From the NCBI GenBank assembly GCA_028534125.1, contig CM052816.1, forward strand, positions 19,470,001-19,534,000: a stretch of DNA of 64,000 bases, written 5' to 3'. The position numbers and the translations under genes were made by a program. This DNA comes from Lama glama (taxonomy: Eukaryota). Each line of letters begins with the position of its first letter. The stretch's first letter is position 1. Below, one piece after another: positions 24,611 through 37,100 of this stretch. The notes beneath the pieces were generated by a model, which did no database searches, had not been told where the DNA came from, and was given only the letters and a program-made list of their open reading frames with translations.

Positions 24611-27600
24611 ATTATCATCAACAAGACTTTAACATTTTAGTGTATATGGCCTGGAAAAAAAAGAATTCCTTTCCAAACCTAGTACAAGAACAATAAAGCC
24701 AAAGAAATTTACGTTGGCGAGGCTAAGAAAACTAGAAACATATTTAAAACTGTTTCTCTATGTAGGTATCCTCAAAGGAAGATTTCCAGTGGAACTGGTA
24801 ATCTGTTGGTGAGCATCTTAGCGAAGCAGGTGACTCATGTCTCCCTGAGAAGCCAGTCTTACCTGATGACCCTACCTTAGTCAGTTCAGGATTTGTGTGC
24901 CTGGGGCAGACAGTCCCCATCAATCCAGGGCCACTAGTCTACCTGCCTTCTACTCGATTCACTACAGAGCCCAACGTTTCAAATAAGTCAAACCAAGAAT
25001 ATCCAACTCTGAAATTAAAACTGGCTTCTCCAGGCACTTGAAACAATGCCCTCAAGCTACTGAAAAAGCCACCCACTCTGCTGTGCCCAAGGCTGAATTA
25101 GTGCCCTTTCAGCTAGTGGTAGTAAGGACACCATCTGTGTGTGAGACAGCACACTTACTTCTAACGGTACCTTCAAAAGTTGTACTCAAAAAAAAAAAAA
25201 CCCAGAAACAACCAAACAAACAACAAAACTGTACTCACAGAACCATAACATTGTAGATCCTCTAAAATAAGTTCTTAAGTCACCATTTTTTGCAATAACC
25301 ATAATTCCTAAACAGCCATTTGGAAAAATAAGGCAGCTCTTTTAGCTAATGAGAATGGCACCACCTTCAATATACACTGTTAAATGAAAAGACGAAGTGC
25401 AAAACAGTTTTCTTTGCACAATTAGGGTTTATAATTACATTAGTAAATTCCTCCTGAACTCCCAGGCAAGGGAGACTCCTGATGGAGGTCTGCTGGTATG
25501 AATCCACTATTCTCCAGGCAGCAGACTTAAACCGACACAAACAACTCGACACAATTTTACCTAAAAGCCGTTCCTTTCTGTTCCATTTTCAGTGAAAGTT
25601 CTCTCACTGGATAGATTTCACACAGCTGGTGTGTACCAGAAAGGCATCCTGGCCAAGATGATCGCAAACTGAGAATACCTTTCCCCCCAAAGACAGCGCT
25701 CATTTCTGAATTTTGCACGTAAATTTAAATTACATTTCCCCATATCATCATCAGCTACTATTGGGCAGACCAATAGTTCAGCCTGATTAGCTCCTTCTGG
25801 AATTTCTCACAATCCTTCAGTTTTGCTCTCTTGGAATCAGCACCTTTCACCAGTTTTCTATCCATCCTTTCCCTCTAAAGCAGACTGAAACAGTGGTTTC
25901 AAAATCACCCCAAGAGGAGTCTGGTCACCAGAGAACCCACTTCTACCCAGTTCCCTAATGTCAAAATAAGTGCTGATGCCTCACTGTTCATTGCTGCTGT
26001 TCATTATTGCCAATTAGTTGCCTCAGAAAAGTCCCATTGGAGATTTTCCTTCCTAATCTGCTGATAACCCATATTTGTTAGCTTTGAGGAGGCTTACGAG
26101 GGGAGAGGTACTACAAGGACTACCAAAGGTTTTTGTTTTGTTTTAGCAAAAACCCTTTAAGAGTTACGATTTATACTCCTTCATACTGACATCATTATAA
26201 AATTTACAAAAAATCAAATTTATACCAAAAAACCCCCCTAGGTTTCAACTTCATGCATCCAAACCACTACGATATATGGAGGATCTGACCAAATGCATTT
26301 TTTAAAATTGAATAATATGCAAAATGGGAGTCTACTCCCTACCTTTTCTTCTTTATAATCAACTGGTTCCTTTTAAGAAATACAATTACTACTTACACTA
26401 TGTAATTCCAGTTTATATCTGAAACTGTATTGCCCTATTATATGTGTATGTACCTATTTTTAAAAAGAGAAAGAAAGGGTAGAAAAGACAAAAAGATTTC
26501 TTTCTGCCCAAACTGGGACATTAAACTGAAAGTCAAGATCCTGTAACAATAACCAAAAAAGTGGAAGAAAATGGGGTTCACGGGAGTAAGAACACCCACT
26601 CCCCCACCATCTGGGGGCAGGGGCATTCAAAATATATTTTAAAGAAACAAAGCAATATCTAATTTGGCTTAATGTCACAGTATATACATTTTCTACATGC
26701 AGTACACATTTTGTAAAAGAGTCTCATTCCACTTCGTATCACAAAATACGTGATGGTATAAAAAGGTCTGTACAACATCAATGAACTCATATTACCCTTT
26801 CTTTTATTTATTTATAAAGAGAATCAATTCTCCTTTTAAGAGTTTTTTAAGTACAGTTTCAGAAACATTTGCAATATTTTCCAAAGGAAAAATATACCCA
26901 AATATTCAAGCCCCATCAGACCTCCTGATAATCCCACAGAGGACGTCTAGTGATAGACAGCTGCAACGCATCACAGGAAGAAAACAGCCTGCCAGACCCA
27001 CTTCTCAGAAAACGGTACCAATCCAGAAGAAGCCCGATGCAGGAACAGACCATCACGTAAGTCATCTGTATTTATTTGTTTCAGACTGCACACACAGGTT
27101 GTGAACTTGGAAAGGTCCTTGAACCTGTCAGAGTCTTCAGACACTGAGCTGAAGCAAACCACAAATATATTCAGAATTTATCCTCAACTTGTTATGATGA
27201 GGCTTAAGGAGAGCTCTATTCCTACCCTTATAGATTGAAACTAGGGACTTTTTTGGTTTTGTGTTCTAAACAGTATCACTAAAGAATGAAAAGAGAAAAA
27301 TCAGGGTTTGAGGCACATAGAGAGTAAAAATAAGTTCAGCACTTGCCCTATTTTTGGTAGCAAAAGATCACAAGTCTAGTGGGGGGTGTCATCACATCCT
27401 AAAAAGTTCTAATCCCAATTCTGCCTCATTCCACGGCCTTAAGCAAATTCTAAACCTCTCCAACCTCTCCCAGTCTCCGTCATTCGGAAGCTCTACTACC
27501 TCTTAACTTCACTGTGAATATAAGGAGGTGTCATAAGAACATGGAGAGCACTTTGCACAGAAAATGTGCTACCGTGAAACACTGAAAAGGTTCCAATTTG

Positions 27601-30449
27601 CTTGAATCCTACACAAAGTAATTTTACACCATTTTTTTTAATTTAGAAAATTTGGTCTGTATAGCCAAAAAAATTTAATTACATCCTGAGTACAAATGAA
27701 AAATTGTCTGTGTGTGTAAAATTCACAAATATGGTTAATAACTCAGAAAACAGCAATGAATAGAGGAAACATTTAAAAGAATAAATGCTTACTTGAGTCA
27801 ATTCTTATTGTAATATTCCTAAATAAATTACCTTAACTTCGGCTATTGATCAAGTAGGGTTTTGGGGTTTGGGTAGTTTGGGTGTTTTTTTTTTTTAATA
27901 ATTCACAAAATCCTGAAAGAAAAAAGAATGGTTTGTTTTCCCAGACTTATATTAATGGGAAAGTCTTTCTCCTCCTTAGAGCAGGTTCCCACTGAGCTGC
28001 ACTGCAGAGCAGTCACTGTCTCTGTGCAGGTGAGGACTGACAGGCAGGCAGTACACAGTACAGCTCCAGCTCTGCAGCAAGACCCGCACGGCTCGGTGAC
28101 AATCCCATCAGAGCAAAAGAATGCAATTGGTTCTAAAGCACTGGGACAAAGAGAGCGTATAGATCCCGATGGAGTCGGAGTGCTCTGACATTTGATGCAA
28201 CTGCTAAAGAGAAAGTCTTCCCTCTGGTTTTCAAAAGTTTATTATTTCATACCCTATGCAAATCATACTTTATATATTAGGCAATAATATTTGAGAAATA
28301 CTCCAGTCAAATTAAAGGCTTCAATAGCCTTGCCAAAAGCACTGTGATTTTCCTATAAAAAAATTATTCCAATTTGTTGATCTTACATAGGATGAAACAT
28401 ACTGTAACAATCTTCATAATTTATGTCCTGTTGGGACACAATGATTTAAAGTAACATAATACAGAGCCGCATCATGGCTAATCTAAACCACCTGACCAGA
28501 TAAACACCAGCTTCCCTTCTCTCTTCAGCAAGGGCATTTCTGTTTATTGTCATATCATTTCCTTATTCTAGGAACATGCAGAATAAACGCAGCCAACCTG
28601 CATTTCAGGGGGAGGCTGGCTTGGCCTTTCCCATGTCAGGAGGTTTGTGCGTACACAGGTACCAGTACAATGTCATGTGGGCTTGCAAGACAGAAAACAA
28701 TCCAAGAATTCCACCCTCAACATCATTTACAGTGAAGCAAATATGGATTCATCCGGGACAATCTGGACCAGGTGTGGTGTTATAAACCACAATCTTTCGG
28801 GGGTTTTTAAAAATGTCACTGAAGAGGTAATTCTTTAAAACAAATTATGGGGCTTATTATGAGCCAAATTTTTATAAATGCTTCAAATCACGCCTCTTGC
28901 CATGCTCAGAAGCAGTCATGATCTGATTAACCAAACTGAAATGCTCAAAATAACCAAGATCTTTTGGGGGTGAGGAATCTTGAGAGAAGAGTGAAACAAA
29001 GAGCCCATATGGCACTAACCATGGCCATTTCTGGTATCCAACTGCATAGGCAGATTTCAAATTGTGAGGTTTCTCCAGGGTCCAAATCCCTTCACCCTCC
29101 TCCCATATGCAAACCTCACTGGGCAGAGGGAGATTTTCAGGGGGACTTAAGGGAAGGGTTTAAAGTTTCAATCGTGAAAGAAAAAGTGCAGGAACACATG
29201 TGCATTCGGCAGATAACAATTCACTGAAAATATTTTAAATCAAAACAAAACGCCTGTCTGACCAAATTTTTATAAACTTGGTTGGGGAAGAGGAAAACAA
29301 ACAATTGTATAAGGGTGGTTTCAAATATTGCTTTCTACTATTACTGAGAATTTTCAAAGCTTTTCATGCTCCATTGGAAACAGCTCTGCTTTACAAGCTG
29401 TTCTGGTTGGTGCTGCCAAAGAAATGGTCTGATACACTTTATTACAAGTTTATCAATTTGCTTACCCATGCAAATATATATAATTATCCTTACCCAAAAG
29501 ACCAGTGTAAAATAGGATTCCTCCACTGAAAGCAATGAGATCACTAAAACATAACTGGACAAGACAGGACCAGTAGATACTAAGGCATTTGCAGCCGAAC
29601 CCCATCTCCACTACAGCATCTCAAGTCTACCAATCCTCAAATGCGCAGAAGCTAAGTCAGCTTGACTAGCGCCATTTTTCAGACTCACAGCAAAGGAGAC
29701 AGCAAGTAGTTACATTTCCATCACAATCTGGAGCCTTTTGATTTGGGAGCTTAAAGAGAAAATGTCATTTTGGAATACCCTTTTTTAGGCAAGAGACATT
29801 TAATAATTCAGGCTTGAACTTAACACTATGCACATTTGTAAAAATTTACAGTAATAAATTATAAATCTGCAGAATTATGGGTAACATTCTGATTTAGTGC
29901 TAGCGACAGTGAATTCTGGTAAAAAGTGAGTCTTTTTTGCCTGAAAGTACTCACTACCTGGACTGAGGCCCCACCTGTACTTGATCTTTCCACCTTATGT
30001 ACACCTTCCCAGACTTCCAGAACCACTCTGGAATCTGCTCATGCTGCTCTGAAGACATGAGTGCTTAGGTTACCATGCTTAGGTTATTCTGGCCTCATGC
30101 ATGGATAGTGGTTCTCCAATGACAAAGAGCCTTGTCACTGGGCTACTATGTGACTGTCCCCAAGCCCTGACTTTTGCACAATCCTGAACCTTCATTTTTT
30201 ATTAATCTGTACACCAGAGAGTTACCCCAGCAATTCCATTTTTAGATCTATATATAAAGGACACTTTCACATTCGTCCAAGAGGAAATATAAGGACAAGT
30301 ATCACAAAATTGACAGGAATAAAGAATAACAGAATAAATGTCCATGTCCATCAGTAGGGAAACTGATAAACTATGGTTCATTTATCTAATTTTTAAATTG
30401 ATTTGCAGAGGAACAGAATATTTTAAAAACACATCTACTGTATCAGAAG

Positions 30450-31050
30450 CAGTACAATGAGATGGAAAGAGTATCAGCCTTGGAATCCAAAACCTGGGTT
30501 CTAGACCCAGACCTTGAGCAAGCTACATGTGTTGGCTGGGTTAAGCTTCTTATCTGGATACAGGGAGATGATGTGCACCAATCGCATGGCACAGTGCCCT
30601 CATACACACAGAGAAATTCAAGAAGAAAGAAAATTAATTAATAATAATAGCAGCAGCATCTAATAGGCACAAAGAACAGTTTATCCCTAATTACTTTCCG
30701 TTTATCAGCATTAACCATAAATTGTTTTATCACTTACTTGGATACACCTGAGTATACTCTTTTCTAACTAAGTAGCACCCTCTGAATGTAATTAATTCTT
30801 GCTGACTATGGACCTCAGTGTATCTTAGGGCCTGAGACGGTTCCAGACAGAGAAGGAAAGGGGGAAACACAAAGGGCACTGAAAAAACAGCCACTCCAGG
30901 CCAGGCATTCACAGAACCCTATGAACAGGTTCATCCTTCCTGTCTTACAGAGGAGAGAACTGAGGCTCCAAAAGTGTAAGTCATGTGCCCACAGTCATAT
31001 ATGTCATAAAAAGTGAGGCTGGTATTCCAGTTCAAGTCTGTCCCACTCCA
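30450..31050. mobile_element. Two MIR remnants (~30450-30620 and ~30930-31050)
   Basis: MIR core phrases (ggaatccaaaacctgggttctag; ttacagaggagagaactgaggctc). Confidence 0.6.
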
Positions 31051-31844
31051 GGGCTTCCATGTGTGTGCTTAGGACAAATCTCTGATGTCAGATTATACTC
31101 TTTTCATTTCTTTCTTTTACCCAAAAGCTAATTATAGCAAAACCAGCCTTCCTATAATTTTTATTTCAAAAATTTAACTACAAGAGAAAAATAAAGCATT
31201 AGAGAAGGTTTAGAAAAAGTAAGAAAAACTCTTACATATTTTGTTTTTATTTGTTTCCCTGTGCCCTTTCTCCCACAACTGTCATGGTAATATTCCTTTA
31301 CTGTGTACACTGAACCGTCTTATAACAGTAAAACATCCTACCATTTTCCATGCGGCTCCCTGGTCTTCTTTACTTATTTTTGTAAGCAGCATTATTTCGC
31401 ATGGAATAGGGAATTTTCTATTTTAGAAACAATTTCATTTAAATGGTTCAATCATGTAGAAGGGAGACATGTATACAAACATACCTTCTTAAGCCAAGCC
31501 TTCTGAACACACACTGTGGAGTTTCAGAGGCAAAACTGAAGAACTGAATAATTGGGGGTTTATGTAATAAATTAGGAAGTCTTTTTTTATCCTCTTTTTC
31601 AATGCCCAGTGAAAACATTAGAGAGCATGATAAAGTCTTCTTGAGCTGAGCACCTATTAGAGCAACCAGTTAGTTCAGGTATTAACCAACCATCTGCTGT
31701 GCCAAAACTATGACAACTGACCCTATTAGAACAAATACTCCACCCACCAAACTTGAAACAGCAAGGACGGTGTCATTAAATCCTCCAATGTGCAGGCAGC
31801 GTGACTGGTGGAACAGTCCCCATAGTAGACTTCTGTAGGACCTG

Positions 31845-32150
31845 AGTTTTTTTTTTTTAACTTTTTTCCAATTTTTATTATAAAATACACAGAACAAAAT
31901 TTACTATCTTAGCTATTTTTAAATGTGCATTTCAGTGGTGCTAAGTACATTATTAATGTTGCAAAACCATCACCACCATCCATCTCTATATCTCTTCATC
32001 TTGCAAAACTGAAACTCTGTACCCATTCAACAGTAACTCCTCATTCTCCTTTCCCATGGCAACTACCACTCTATGTCCCTATGATTTTGACTACTCTAAG
32101 AATCTTATATAAATGGAATCATAAAGTATATGCCTTTTTCTGCATGGCTT
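31845..32150 (-). mobile_element. Old L1M 3'-end fragment
   Basis: T-tail followed by aaaatttactatcttagctatttttaaatgtgcatttcagtgg...ttcatcttgcaaaactgaaactctgtaccc. Confidence 0.75.
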
Positions 32151-33854
32151 ATGGGACCTGAGTTCTTACCCTCCAGTATTTCTCCCAGCCACACATGTGA
32201 CTGTGAGCACACCACCCAATGTTCACACTGAGCTCCCAAATTTGTCCAGAAGAGGACTATTTAGAGGGGCTGTAAGAACGCCAAGCAGTCAGGATGCAAA
32301 AGAGCTCCATGTTTTTCTGTCTTTAGTGCTTGGAGAACAGAATTCTGCTCTGAAATGACCTGCAAGTTAAGTTTTCAAAATTATGATATTGGTAGAGTTT
32401 CAGAATGAGGTCAAAATCTCCATTACCCTCAAGCACTCAGTGCAAACAAACTTGAGGCTATGCCTACCCTGGTGTTCTGAGATCTATTCTTCATGGAAAC
32501 TTGGAGGATTATGACCAGTTGAGAATCCAGGGTTATAATAAAACAAAAAATATGCTGAGCTGTGAATATGGAGGAGAGTGGGCATGAGGTCAGAAATAAA
32601 CTGGGGGTGGTTCTGAAAGAAATGCACAATCTGGAGAGCCGTGCTTCATGAGACCAACAGGGTTAGAACTGGCAGGGACTGCAGCCCAAATCCTCAAGGC
32701 TCAGAAAAGCATGCCTTACAATTTTCAGTTTGAATTCATTTTCTTCACAAAAGATGTGTCCTGCTCTAACTTTAAATCTCTCTCGGCCCATGCAGAACGT
32801 TATGGAAAAGTGCTTGAAATAGTGCCTGTGATATAGAAGACCAAGAAGGCAAAGCGCGCGCTCCCACCTTGGGAGACTTGCTCCTCCCCCTCAGCCTTGG
32901 CTTCCTCACGTGGGAGGAACGGGTGGACCAATGATGGCAGGGTTCCTCCCACTGGAACATGACCAGCATAAGGAGGTAAGCACTGTGTTCCTTGCTGATT
33001 CAAAAAGAAAAAAACCAAAAAAGATTCTTCTCATAGCACAAACTGGGGTCTCCCTAAGCCAGAACCACATTGTTTAGGAAGTGAGGTTTTGTTTTTTCAT
33101 GATAGGTTTAGAAAGAATCTAGATTCTCTGCACAAATGACCTATTTGGGACCTCAGAAGTATTTTTACCAGCTCCAGTAAAACTTTAAGGTAGTTAAGCG
33201 TCCAATTTATCTTTCAGTTTCATATATTGTGAGAGCACAGCCCCCAAGTCACAAATGTCCATCTCAGCCTTTCACAGTGAATGCTTTTGAAACTTCTTAT
33301 GTGTTTCATCTATTTTCTTCCTTAGATGCACTGAAGGTTTTAGGCCTGGAGATTGTGTCCACACATGGTAGACGCTGTGCAGGATTTAAGCGGTCTCTGG
33401 GTTCTGGCCTTGCCTGGGGCACTCTGCATCACTCTTTCCCTGACTGCCTCAGGTTTCAGTAAAACCCTCTTCAAAGATGATGAAGGTTCCTATGACCCAG
33501 CAGATGCCCCACACATATTACATGGGCATTAACAAGTTACAGATACAAAGTTCTAAAAATTTCAGACTCTCAAGTCAACAAAAAAAAAGTATAAAAACCA
33601 AAATCTGAATATGGGAAAATCAGTGACTACATTAACATAAGCGCGTAATAAGTTAGAAATTCTGTCTGTCCACCTTCTGTTTGTGTACTGCTTTCCAAGA
33701 AGGCAGGGCCATACTGAATAATGACAGCTAAAAGACATGCACAAATGCCTTCTTTAGAAGGTTCCAGGTTGGTGTTTTCTCTTAAAATGTAATACTATTC
33801 AGTATTTACTTCCTTTAAACAGCAAATAAGGTCAGGTATATTCCAAATACAATT

Positions 33855-34130
33855 GTTTTTTAATTGACGTGTAATTCGCTTACAATGTTGTGTTAATTTC
33901 CAGTGTACAGCATAATGACTCAGTAATATATATATATATAAAAGGAATATATTTCATATTCTTTTCATTATAAGCTATTACAAGGTATTAGATATAGTTC
34001 CCTGTACTATACAGTAGGATCTTGCTATTTATTTATTTTATATATAGTAGTTAGTACTTGCAAATCGCAAACTCCCAATTTATCCCTTCACCACCTCCTT
34101 TTCCCCCCGGTAACCACAACTTTGTCTTCT
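33855..34130 (-). mobile_element. Short young L1 3'-UTR fragment with (TA)n
   Basis: Matches the 3' UTRs at 863-1140 and 4938-5220. Confidence 0.85.
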
Positions 34131-37100
34131 GGAGGAAACTCCAAAGACGATATTTTAAAAAGACTAAAAACACACTTATAATAATGGATTTAAGAAAAAT
34201 CTGCTCACAAATCTGACAATAGAGAAACTGAAGGTTATATTATAGCCAGTATTTTATGATTCCATTTAAGTAAAGGCTTTTGATTTTAGAAGTATAAGCA
34301 GGCTCTACTTTATTTTAAAAACTTTAAGAATTAAAGGTAAATAGAGTTTGGTTTTTTTTTTTTTTGGTGCAACACCTTTCTTTTGTCACTTGTAATTTTA
34401 TGAGTTTGTAATAAATGACTCTGATTACATCAAAACAAATGGGAAAACAATTTGTGCTTCAATGCAGTTTTCTAAAATCTGATAAGTCCCTGTAATAGCA
34501 CTCTAAATATATATATTTTTTAAAGTAATTAAAATTTCTAAACTTTCCTAGCTTCACAGCCTCCTAACTCTATTCCTTTTCCCCCACAACACTAGCTCAC
34601 CTCAGCACCACTTCCCGGCCTCTACTCTCACACCGCAGTAAGTCAAAGGTTAATTTCCATTCTAAGTCAAACTCTAATCCAAACTCTAATCCTGTGCTCC
34701 CACAGTACCCCAACCCACACACAAAACTACCATGCAAATAGACTCTTTTCCAAAGTGGGAGGTTCACAAAAGGGTGAGGTCACTTGACAAATAGTGAAAA
34801 TCAGCTATAAAAGCCAGGAGTTCCACTGATACCCATACCATACTGTAGACATAAAATGGTGAGTCAGTGAAAGAGCTACTTTAGTATATCTCTGCTGGCA
34901 TTTCTTAGTGAGAAAATGACTTTTAAAAGCTAGTTGAAGAACTAGCGAGGCAAGGCCAGCACAGCCACTGCCAGTTTCACTCTGGAACCCAGAGTCCATG
35001 GCAATACTCATGGAGCCTGAGATACGCATTATGACCAACGCCAAAAGGCAGCAACATCGTGGGCCTAGACCACAGGAACTGCAGACCAGAAAAACCTCGA
35101 ACCCCACACTCACAAAGCTAAAACGTTCCCTCATGTGAAAAAGAGTTTCACCACTAACAATTTTTGAAAACAATATTTGAGTCTTGGCTCAACTGGATAA
35201 TTCTGTTCTGCACCAAAAACAATTCCCTTCAAATTCCCAAAGTCGATGAGCAGATTCGTACTAATTTCAAGACACAGTTTCCTTCCAAACCCAATGAAAT
35301 GAAAGGCAGAAACCAGCAAACGACAAAAAATAAAATAACATACACAAGATGGTTGGCCGTTTTATGAAAAACAAATGAAGAATTACACCCACATCACACT
35401 GATAAACTGAAAGGCTGCCAGTGGTTTTCAGGGCAGATGTAACATTTTAACAAATGTGATTGTTTGTGAACGAAATAATTCTGATCAAAAACTTAATTGC
35501 AGCCAAAGTGAGCCCTGGGCTGTGTCACTATAATCCATTCTGACAGGAAGCAGCGAGTGGAGATTCCTACTGTGAACGGAGCACATGTGAAAGGTCAGCT
35601 TTGGCCAGGAACTTCAAAACCGTTAACGTGTAAAACAGTGTGCATTAGAGCCCGGAATGGCTAACCACTGGATTAGCGGATGTCCGCTGTGCAGGTCTGA
35701 TGTGCTTTTGGCAGGTAATGGTTAATTTGTAAATAGGCAATGTATTGTAACTTTCTTCTTTGCCTCTTTCCAACATTTACCAGCAGAACCCATTCTTAAT
35801 TATAGTCCCAGAATATTATAATATTAGATTTATAACACAGTCTCATTATAATCAAGTTCCTTATTTTTAAAATAAAACTTACTTTTAATAATTTCGTGAA
35901 GAAAAAGTTACATGTATTTTTAAATGTTTGTTGATATAATAAATTAAAACTTTTTCATGTAAAACGAATATATTTGTTTATCCAACAGCAACTGTATTAT
36001 AAAAACAAAAATTTGCCAAGTGAAGATTTCATTAGAAGAAATGTATACTTTACTCATACGCTATAATCTGAAAAACCTATTACACAATACTATTTTGCAT
36101 GGCTTAAAACAAAATTCTAAATAAAAACACAGTTAATACTAATGTTCATTTTTCAACATGAGCTGTTATTTATGAAAGAACCAAGCTAAATACTGCCTTA
36201 TAAGCAAATGCACGCAAAAGCACTTTATACACATTTAGTGCTATAAAACTGGTTCATTTGGCTTTTAAGTTAGCCATTTCTCCTATATCTAAACTACTTG
36301 AAGTAATGTGGCATTAATGAGTGACAAAAGCTGGCATGTGCACCTCAATGATTATTTTAGGATTTAACTCATTTTTGAGTTGAGATGAAATAATACTTCT
36401 CTCTGAAAATAGGCAGGTCTTCTAAAATAAGTTTTACTTCTATTCTCAAAATCAGCCTCCTAAGGTTCTATCTGTGGCCACTGGACAGATGCAGCTCTTG
36501 AGCCCTTTGCAGACTAAATACAGAAATCTTGCAGGTGGCTACATGGCCAGGGCAGCCCCACTGCCAGTAATCTCACGACTGCTACCCCCTTCAGGATGTC
36601 CACTGACACCTTTAGAAACAAAATCACACGTGTGCTACTAACTGTAATGGGAGACTAAGGAGAAAAAAGAATCATGGTGAGCAAAACAAGTTATCAGTTT
36701 CTTATGGTTCTGCTTTCCATATAAGATCTGAAACCTTCAACATGTTTGGAAGGCTCGGAACCTTCCTATCAGTCTGCTCCTGAAAGTACAAAATGTACAC
36801 ATTTAACCAACCCGCTGCTCTGCACTAAGCACCTTCCTGGTCTCCACGCCCTGGGACCAGTCCCTGCCCCTCAAGGAGCTTACAGTGTGGGAGGAGGGGG
36901 CAGAAAGGTCAACCATGAAGACCTGGGAAGAGGTAAAGAAGACAGAGGAGGAAGCAATCACAAAAGGCTGTGCAAGTGAGTGGTGCTGGGCATATCCCTA
37001 TTGTATTTTTACCCCTCCTCTCCACAGATGCAACAGCAATCCAGATTCGTAAGTAGGAGCTCAATTTATCCTACGCATACAAGAGATGTATAATTCACCA

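Noticed and set aside
32820..33025. GC-richer stretch followed by an A-rich run, resembling a small retrocopy
   Set aside because: Better explained as a degenerate MIR3-like remnant. No TSD or recognisable parent.
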